Below, one piece after another: positions 6,443 to 12,276 of a DNA stretch of 32,000 bases. Positions within the stretch are counted from its first letter, which is position 1; the number at the start of each line of letters is the position of its first letter. The notes under the pieces were generated by a model. It had not been told where the DNA came from and made no database searches. It saw nothing but the letters and a program-made list of their open reading frames with translations. Source of the stretch: Xanthomonas campestris pv. campestris str. ATCC 33913 (GTDB taxonomy: Bacteria; Pseudomonadota; Gammaproteobacteria; Xanthomonadales; Xanthomonadaceae). The position numbers and the translations under genes were made by a program. The stretch spans positions 4,793,426 to 4,825,425 of the forward strand of contig NC_003902.1 of the NCBI RefSeq assembly GCF_000007145.1, read 5' to 3'.

Positions 6443-8752
6443 CTACCCGCCACCGCCGCCTCCACCACCGCCGCCCCCTCCTCCGCCATCACCGCCACCG
6501 CTATCGGCCGCGGCCATAGCCGGCCCCTGGTGCATCAGGCTCATCACGCGTACCGGCCCGTGCGCCATCTGCACATCGGCCGGCTGCATGTCGGCCGGGG
6601 TCCAGGTCACCTGGTTGGTCACCGCCTCCTGCTCGCGCTGCTGCATCAACGCCTGCCCCTCCTGCAGCAGCGCTTGCCCTTCGGGCGAATGCCGGATCCG
6701 CTCGGCCGCCTTGAATACCCCCGCCTCGTCGTGATTGCGCAGCGCCTGCAGCATCGCGTCGATGTCCGCATCGCCGGTCCGCAGCGCCGTCGGCGCGTGC
6801 GGATCCTGCTGCGCAGCCGTGCGGCCCTGGCCCAGGACCTGACGGGCCTGCTGTTCTTCCGCATCGATCCGCGCCTGCAGGCTCGGCACCACCGTCTCGG
6901 TCATCAGGTGGCGTTCCAGCGCCTCGTGCAGCGAGCGTTGGCCATGCACCGACAAGGTAGCCGTCTGCGCCACATTGCCAAGATTGTGCGGGGTGCTGGG
7001 CGTGAACCGGAGTTGGGTGGCAGCACCGGCGGCCAGTAGCGCACCTTCCAGCGCACCGGCGCTGGGCGCATGCGCGGTGAGGCCGGCGAGCGCATCGCCG
7101 CCGGCATCCAGGGTGCGATTCAGGCGACCGCCAACAGCGTCCAGCACCTGTTGCGGCAGCGCCGACGCGGTACGCACCTGATCCGCGGCGGCCGTTGCCA
7201 TGCCCGCGGCCGTGTGCATCAAGGTCTCTGCCTGCCGCGCGCCATCTTCGCGCAGCCGCGCGGCGTGCTGCTCGGCCTGCTGGCGGTCCGCCTGGGCCTG
7301 GCGCTCCAATGCCTTGGCCTGCTCCAGCAGGGCGGCCTGTGCGGTATCGGGCAACCAGCGTGCGGCACCGCGCAGTGCGACCGCGGCGGTGTCCTGCGCC
7401 TGCGCCTGGGCCTGCAACGCCCAGCGTTGCGCGCTGGCATCCAGCTCGCCGGCAACCGCACGGCCTGCGGCCAGGCCACGGCCCAGCGTGTCGCCACCGG
7501 CTTCGAGTGCTGCGCCCGTAGCGCTACCGCCATGGCGCACGGCCGCACCCCCCATCTGCATGCCGCGCGCCGCGCCGTCGCCGGCCGCATCCAGCGCCGC
7601 ATCGCCCGCCCGCCCCAGCGCGGCGCTGTGTTCGCCCAGGCCACGTCCGATCTGCGCACCGGCAGCGCCGGCCCGCAACACGCCCAACGCCGGGCCAGCC
7701 AGGTACAGGCTCTCCTGCAAGGTCAGCGCCTGCGCGCGGTCCACCAACGCGCCATCCTGGCCCTGCATCTTGGCCGGCAACACCGGCTCGATGCGGCCGG
7801 CGGCCAGCGGCAGCTGCTGCAGCAGCTGGGCGGTATCGCCCTGCGCCAGCCGGTCCACGAACGCATGCACCGCCGGCTGTGCATTCACCGGCACATCGCG
7901 GGTCAGCGCTTGGTCGAGCAAGGCCTGCCCCTCCGGCAAGCTGCGCATCAGGGTGGCGGTGTCGCCCATCACCGCCGCCAGCTGCTGGCGCCGCGCCGCA
8001 TCCAGCCGGTGGATGTTGTCCTGGATGCCGTTGTTGAGCATTTCGCCCTGGACTTGATAGGCCACGACGGTGTCGGCGGTGTCGTAGAGCTGTACACCGG
8101 GTGTGCTCTTGGCAAAACGCTGCGCAGTCGCCGGATGCAATCCTGCGGCGTTGAACGTGGTTGCCGGCACGCCACTCACCGCAGAGCCTGCCGAGCCCAT
8201 GCCGCCGCCCAGGGAATGGCCGGCAATTTCGAAGTCGACGTTCTGCAACTTTAATTGCGATGCCAAACGCATGGCACGGTCGTAGTAGTCGGTCTGCATG
8301 CCAACCGACTGCGGGAAGTTGTTGGCCAGAAAATCTTCGGCACTGGTATCGCGCAGGCCATTGGCGGTCGCGACCTCTCCCGCTGAGCCTTTGTAGACCA
8401 CGGTGGGCTTGTAGTCGGGCCCGAGGATTGCCGGATCGGGAATGTAGATTTCGGCACGGAAGCCCGAGTCGTCAGGCTTCAGGTAGTCTTTCAATCTATC
8501 CGAGCCAAGCGAGCGCAGCTCAGGAATACGGCTTTGCAGTAACTCGATGTTTTCGCTCCCACGGATCCATCCAACAGGAGAATGGCCGAGTCCCTTGGCC
8601 GAATCGTAGACATCGTCTGCAAGCGAAGCCATCTCATGCGCGTGATAGAGCTGTTGCAGCTCGGCAGCACGCGATACAGCCTCTGCTGTGCCGCTGGCAC
8701 GCAGGTCGTTCAACAGTTGCTCGCGTCGTCTGTGCAGATCTGGCGTTTGCAT
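6443..8752 (-). CDS. Large alpha/beta-hydrolase lipase/phospholipase (GHSLGG nucleophile elbow) with a long low-complexity C-terminal region and poly-Gly tail; candidate secreted toxin
   Basis: 769 aa with no N-terminal signal peptide (MQTPDLHRRREQLLNDL). Residues 40-260 are lipase_3/DUF2974-like: ASLADDVYDS, FEIAGHSLGGGMGSAGS (Ser180, nt 8213-8215), TTFNAAG. Residues 330-600 are Ala/Gly/Gln-rich. The C-terminus reads ..HSPEGQALLQEGQALMQQREQE..SGGGDGGGGGGGGGGGGGG*. Confidence 0.8.
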   Translation of the reverse strand: MQTPDLHRRREQLLNDLRASGTAEAVSRAAELQQLYHAHEMASLADDVYDSAKGLGHSPVGWIRGSENIELLQSRIPELRSLGSDRLKDYLKPDDSGFRAEIYIPDPAILGPDYKPTVVYKGSAGEVATANGLRDTSAEDFLANNFPQSVGMQTDYYDRAMRLASQLKLQNVDFEIAGHSLGGGMGSAGSAVSGVPATTFNAAGLHPATAQRFAKSTPGVQLYDTADTVVAYQVQGEMLNNGIQDNIHRLDAARRQQLAAVMGDTATLMRSLPEGQALLDQALTRDVPVNAQPAVHAFVDRLAQGDTAQLLQQLPLAAGRIEPVLPAKMQGQDGALVDRAQALTLQESLYLAGPALGVLRAGAAGAQIGRGLGEHSAALGRAGDAALDAAGDGAARGMQMGGAAVRHGGSATGAALEAGGDTLGRGLAAGRAVAGELDASAQRWALQAQAQAQDTAAVALRGAARWLPDTAQAALLEQAKALERQAQADRQQAEQHAARLREDGARQAETLMHTAAGMATAAADQVRTASALPQQVLDAVGGRLNRTLDAGGDALAGLTAHAPSAGALEGALLAAGAATQLRFTPSTPHNLGNVAQTATLSVHGQRSLHEALERHLMTETVVPSLQARIDAEEQQARQVLGQGRTAAQQDPHAPTALRTGDADIDAMLQALRNHDEAGVFKAAERIRHSPEGQALLQEGQALMQQREQEAVTNQVTWTPADMQPADVQMAHGPVRVMSLMHQGPAMAAADSGGGDGGGGGGGGGGGGGG

Positions 8753-8830
8753 GCGATCAATCCTTGCGCATGGAGGTCAAAGCAGCGGAATCTCTTTTTC
8801 TTCCGAGGGGAAGTGGAACGCCTTGCGCAT
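8742..8830. repeat. Copy A of an 89-bp duplicated block (3' end of the ankyrin gene, intergenic RBS region and first 11 nt of the lipase gene)
   Basis: It matches 9764-9852 at 88 of 89 positions. The only difference is catgGagg versus catgAagg. Confidence 0.95.
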
Positions 8831-9637
8831 GCGTTTGTAGTGCTCCGGCATCGCAGGTCGCACATATCCACGCGCGAGCAGCCATTCCTGGCATTTTTTC
8901 TGCCAGCGTGGATCCTGAGGGTTTCCCGGATGCCAATATATGGAAGAAATTGTACGCGAATCCATTTTGGCTAACGGAATATCCCCGGAATACTCAATCC
9001 TCGGGTCCGCCCCGTGCTCCAACAACCAGAAAACCCGCTCAAATCCGCCGGACCCCGAGTAATTCTCCAGAATGGTTCCACCCATTCCGGCCAATGCATT
9101 AACGTCGGCTCCCTTTTTCACTAACAACTGGATGTTCGACCACTTATCCTGCTTGATAAGTGCGTGGAAAAGCAGTGTCTCGCCATTTGAATTGTAAGTA
9201 TTCGGATCCCCGTCGTGATCGAGCAGCAGCTTGAGGTAAACAGAATCATCTTGCTCGGCTGCCCACACCATTGCGCGGTTGCGGTAACGTCCCTTGAACC
9301 GCGTCGTCTCCTGCAAAGGATGCAGTTGCCCAGCATTCGGATCGGCCCCATTCTCCAGCATCGCCTTCAACCCGGTCGGGTTGTGGGTGAAGATCGGCCA
9401 GAACAACAGTGGATATCCATCCTTGGAGAAGATCCTGTCCGGATTCACACCCTCCACCTTCATCAGCCGCCGCACTTCCTCGGCATCGCCCTGCTCGGCC
9501 GCCAAAGCCAGTGCCAAGGCCTTGGGGTCGCTGAAGTTGCGCTCGGGCGCATAGCGCGATTGCGCGGCAGGCGAACAGCCGGTGATGGCCAGCAGCACCA
9601 CACAGCAGAACCGGATGAAACAATGCGATGGCTTCAC
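8777..9637 (-). CDS. Ankyrin-repeat lipoprotein (proximal paralog); candidate periplasmic immunity protein
   Basis: The GTG start at 9637 is preceded by GGAGG (9647-9643). The leader (M/V)KPSHCFIRFCCVVLLAITGC carries the lipobox L-A-I-T-G-C. Ankyrin-like repeats follow: ..GDAEEVRRLMKVEGVNPD.., LKAMLENGADPN, LLLDHDGDPN, LLVKKGADVN, WLLEHGADP. The 313-aa version in the track adds an implausible extension before the signal peptide. Confidence 0.8.
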   Translation of the reverse strand: MKPSHCFIRFCCVVLLAITGCSPAAQSRYAPERNFSDPKALALALAAEQGDAEEVRRLMKVEGVNPDRIFSKDGYPLLFWPIFTHNPTGLKAMLENGADPNAGQLHPLQETTRFKGRYRNRAMVWAAEQDDSVYLKLLLDHDGDPNTYNSNGETLLFHALIKQDKWSNIQLLVKKGADVNALAGMGGTILENYSGSGGFERVFWLLEHGADPRIEYSGDIPLAKMDSRTISSIYWHPGNPQDPRWQKKCQEWLLARGYVRPAMPEHYKRMRKAFHFPSEEKEIPLL

Positions 9638-9763
9638 GCGCGCCTCCGTTGCGGCTGATTGCATAGGGACAGGATGGTAAGCCAGTTGGCCGCTTGCAGC
9701 GCAGGACCTGCGCTGCATTTCGTGTGCGCTGCGTCTCCTCGGTGCTGCGGTGCCGGCTGGGTG

Positions 9764-9852
9764 GGCGTTTGCATGCGATCAATCCTTGCGCATGAAGGTC
9801 AAAGCAGCGGAATCTCTTTTTCTTCCGAGGGGAAGTGGAACGCCTTGCGCAT
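9764..9852. repeat. Copy B of the 89-bp duplicated block, including a fossil copy of the lipase RBS/ATGCAAACGCC start
   Basis: See copy A. Offset is 1022 bp. Homology to the lipase gene stops 11 nt into the coding sequence. Confidence 0.95.
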
Positions 9853-10647
9853 ACTCCGATAATTTTCTGGCAATGGAGGGCGCTCATATCCCCGCTTCAA
9901 CAGCCATTGCTGGCACTGTCGCTGCCACTGCGGGTCCTTGGGATTGCCCGGATGCCAAAAGATGGCCTCAATTATTCCAGAGTCTTTGAGATGGACAGGG
10001 TTGCCATAAGCGAACTCGATGGTTGGATCTGCACCATGCTGCAGAAGCCAGTAGACGAAGTCGAAGCCACCGCGGATTGCATAGGCGGCCGTAATGCTAT
10101 TTCCCATTCCCGCAACCGCGTTTATGTCCGCACCGCGCTCGACAAGAAGCTTTATGTTGTCCCATTTGTTCTGCTTGATAAACGCGTGGAATAACAGGCT
10201 CTCGTTGTTTGCATTACGCGTATTGGGATTACCGCCATGATCCAGCAGCATTTTGAGATAGATCGGGTCGTCCTGCTCGGCTGCCCACACCATGGCATTC
10301 GGATTATTGCGAACGCCTCGATCCAGCGTTTGATAAGGCAGCGCCACATTCGGATCAGCCCCATTGTCCAGCATCGCCTTCAGCCCGGCCGGGCTGTGGG
10401 TGAAGATCGGCCAGAACAGCAGTGGATATCCATCCTTGGAGAAGATCGTGTCCGGGTTCACGCCCTCCACCTTCATCAGCCGCCGCACTTCCTCGGCATC
10501 GCCCTGCTCGGCCGCCAGCGCCAGCGCCAGGGCCTTGGGGTCGCTGAAGTTGCGCTCGGGCGCATAGCGCGATTGCGCGGCAGGCGAACAGCCGGTGATG
10601 GCCAGCAGCACGATGCAGCAGAACCGGATGAAACAATGCGATGGCAT
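9799..10647 (-). CDS. Ankyrin-repeat lipoprotein (distal paralog); candidate periplasmic immunity protein
   Basis: The ATG at 10647 is preceded by GGAGG. The leader MPSHCFIRFCCIVLLAITGC carries a lipobox. The ankyrin repeat series matches the proximal paralog. The N-terminal ~80 aa and the last 17 aa (MRKAFHFPSEEKEIPLL) are nearly identical to the paralog, while the centre has diverged. Confidence 0.8.
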   Translation of the reverse strand: MPSHCFIRFCCIVLLAITGCSPAAQSRYAPERNFSDPKALALALAAEQGDAEEVRRLMKVEGVNPDTIFSKDGYPLLFWPIFTHSPAGLKAMLDNGADPNVALPYQTLDRGVRNNPNAMVWAAEQDDPIYLKMLLDHGGNPNTRNANNESLLFHAFIKQNKWDNIKLLVERGADINAVAGMGNSITAAYAIRGGFDFVYWLLQHGADPTIEFAYGNPVHLKDSGIIEAIFWHPGNPKDPQWQRQCQQWLLKRGYERPPLPENYRSMRKAFHFPSEEKEIPLL

Positions 10648-10715
10648 CCCACGCGCCTCCGTTGCGCCGTGTCCGCTGGCTCGACGCGGTAAGGGTGACC
10701 GCTGCACCGCGCGGC

Positions 10716-10737
10716 TTGCCACAGATTGCTGTGGCAA
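10716..10737. repeat. 9-bp perfect inverted repeat ttgccacag-attg-ctgtggcaa upstream of the distal ankyrin gene; candidate operator or hairpin
   Basis: Read directly. It lies 69-90 nt upstream of the ATG at 10647, within the 375-bp gap that must carry the islet promoter. No function is demonstrated. Confidence 0.3.
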
Positions 10738-11022
10738 CGAACTGGCGAATGCAAGCGATACTGACGGACGCAGCATAGCGCAGACGGGTGGCCTGGCAAG
10801 CGCATCGCGCGCTTACTTTACGGGTATAGCCGCATCGGCAGACCGGTGCGATGGGGCCACGGTGTGCCGGCCGGCACGTCACCGAGGCCGATAAAAGCTT
10901 GGCGAAGTCTCACCATGGAACTGCGAACGATGCGGGCAGTCGTGCGTGGACGCGTCATCCACGCCGCGTCCAGAAAGGCGGCCCCTGTCTGGCACCCGCT
11001 TGTCAGGTTTTGTCAGTGGCTT

Positions 11023-12276
11023 TCAGTCAGCAGGCGCGATGCGCACGCCCAGCTGGTTGGCCACCGGGCGCTCGCGGCCCGGGATGCCGGTGTGGATGGG
11101 ACGATTGAGCGCGCGCACGTCGCCGTCCACGCGTGCGGCCAGGGTGCTGGAGCCGCCCCCATCGAGATTGATCGCCGCATGCGCGCCGAGTTGCTCGAAC
11201 ACGGCGGTGAGCGCGTCCAGTGTCATGCCGGCGCTGTAGCCGGGCTGGCGCCCGTCGGCCACCACCATCCACAGGGTGTGGCCGCTGCGGTCCAGGCCCA
11301 CGGCGCTGCGCGGTTCGGGGCCATCGTAATAGGCGGCGCGGCTGGCTTCGCGCGGTTGGCGCTTGCCATCGAGCAACAGCAAGGGACCTGCACCCACGCC
11401 CAGCCGCGACCCGGCCGGGCAGCTGCCGCGCACGATGCGCACCGCGTCGCGCTGGCTGACGCACAGCGCCGCGTTGACGCGGGGGTCGCTGGTGGCCGCC
11501 GCCGAATCGGTGCGGCCGGCCTCGATGGCCAGGCCTTCGGCGGTAACGCCCTGGCCGGCGGCCGGTACGAACGGCTTGTCCAGCAGATGGCCGCCATCGA
11601 AGGGCAGGAAATAGTCGGCATTGATCGCCAATGTCAGCGCGCCATCGCGCACGAACGCGGTAGTGGGCGTGGCGCGGAATTCGCCGCCGTCGCTGCGGTC
11701 GCCAGGGGTGCCGACCAGCTGCAGGCCCGGCGTGGTGAGGTCGATCTGGGCGATGTGCAGCATCACCGGCTGCGCTCCGCCGATGGCCTGCCGCCAATAA
11801 CGCACCCCCGGTGCCAGCGTGAGCGGTGCGGTGGGTGCCGGCACCGGCGCGACCAGCGGCTCGATGGTGACGCGCGCACGCGCCTGGGCCTGGTCCAGCG
11901 CCGCCAGCACGTTGTCCAGTTGCGCCGGCGGCACGCGCAGCAACAAACGCTGGGTGGGCGCCAACTGCAGTACCTGCAACAGCCCGGCGCAGCGCGCGCC
12001 CGTGCACGGCGTGGCATCCATCCCCACCCGCGCCGGGCCGCGCGCGTCATCGCGCACCTGCAACGCCAGGCGGTTGCCTTCGGCCGGTTTGCAGCGGCTC
12101 ACCGCCGCCAGCACATCCTGCGGCCACTGGCCCCAGCAGTCGCCGCTGACCACGGTTTCGATCGGCACGAACGGCACGCTGGCAGCGGGCACGTTGGTCT
12201 CTGCACCGGCGGCAGCGCCGATCGGGGTCAGCAGTGCGCATAGCAGCGCAGCGGCACGCGACGGGTCAAAACGCAT
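11023..12276 (-). CDS. Phosphodiester glycosidase family protein (NAGPA/DUF2233-like), secreted
   Basis: MRFDPSRAAALLCALLTPIGAAAGA is a signal peptide. The C-terminal domain reads ..AINADYF..GVGAGPLLLLDGK..RSAVGLDRSGHTLWMVVADGRQPGYSAGMTLDALTAVFEQLGAHAAINLDGGGSSTL, the typical family signature. The start at 12276 overlaps the TBDR stop by 11 nt. Confidence 0.8.
   Translation of the reverse strand: MRFDPSRAAALLCALLTPIGAAAGAETNVPAASVPFVPIETVVSGDCWGQWPQDVLAAVSRCKPAEGNRLALQVRDDARGPARVGMDATPCTGARCAGLLQVLQLAPTQRLLLRVPPAQLDNVLAALDQAQARARVTIEPLVAPVPAPTAPLTLAPGVRYWRQAIGGAQPVMLHIAQIDLTTPGLQLVGTPGDRSDGGEFRATPTTAFVRDGALTLAINADYFLPFDGGHLLDKPFVPAAGQGVTAEGLAIEAGRTDSAAATSDPRVNAALCVSQRDAVRIVRGSCPAGSRLGVGAGPLLLLDGKRQPREASRAAYYDGPEPRSAVGLDRSGHTLWMVVADGRQPGYSAGMTLDALTAVFEQLGAHAAINLDGGGSSTLAARVDGDVRALNRPIHTGIPGRERPVANQLGVRIAPAD

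Noticed and set aside
6443-6900. Calling the lipase C-terminus an XVIPCD (X-T4SS secretion domain)
   Set aside because: The Gln-rich stretch is suggestive. However, I could not find the conserved XVIPCD motifs as I remember them, and I cannot run a profile search. It is kept only as a hypothesis inside the islet finding.
6051-8254. Plus-strand ORFs across the lipase gene, including one with a PPPPPPPPPPPPPSPPP tract
   Set aside because: The poly-Pro tract is simply the antisense reading of the lipase poly-Gly tail. The minus-strand frame carries the GHSLGG lipase motifs.
8777-10776. Longer 313-aa and 325-aa versions of the ankyrin genes given in the ORF track
   Set aside because: They place 27 and 43 non-hydrophobic residues in front of a lipoprotein signal peptide. 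Internal starts with GGAGG Shine-Dalgarno sequences (GTG at 9637, ATG at 10647) give canonical lipoprotein precursors.
10864-10877. 14-bp perfect palindrome gtgccggccggcac upstream of the islet
   Set aside because: GC-only palindromes of this kind arise readily in 65% GC DNA. There is no T tract and no positional logic that I can defend.
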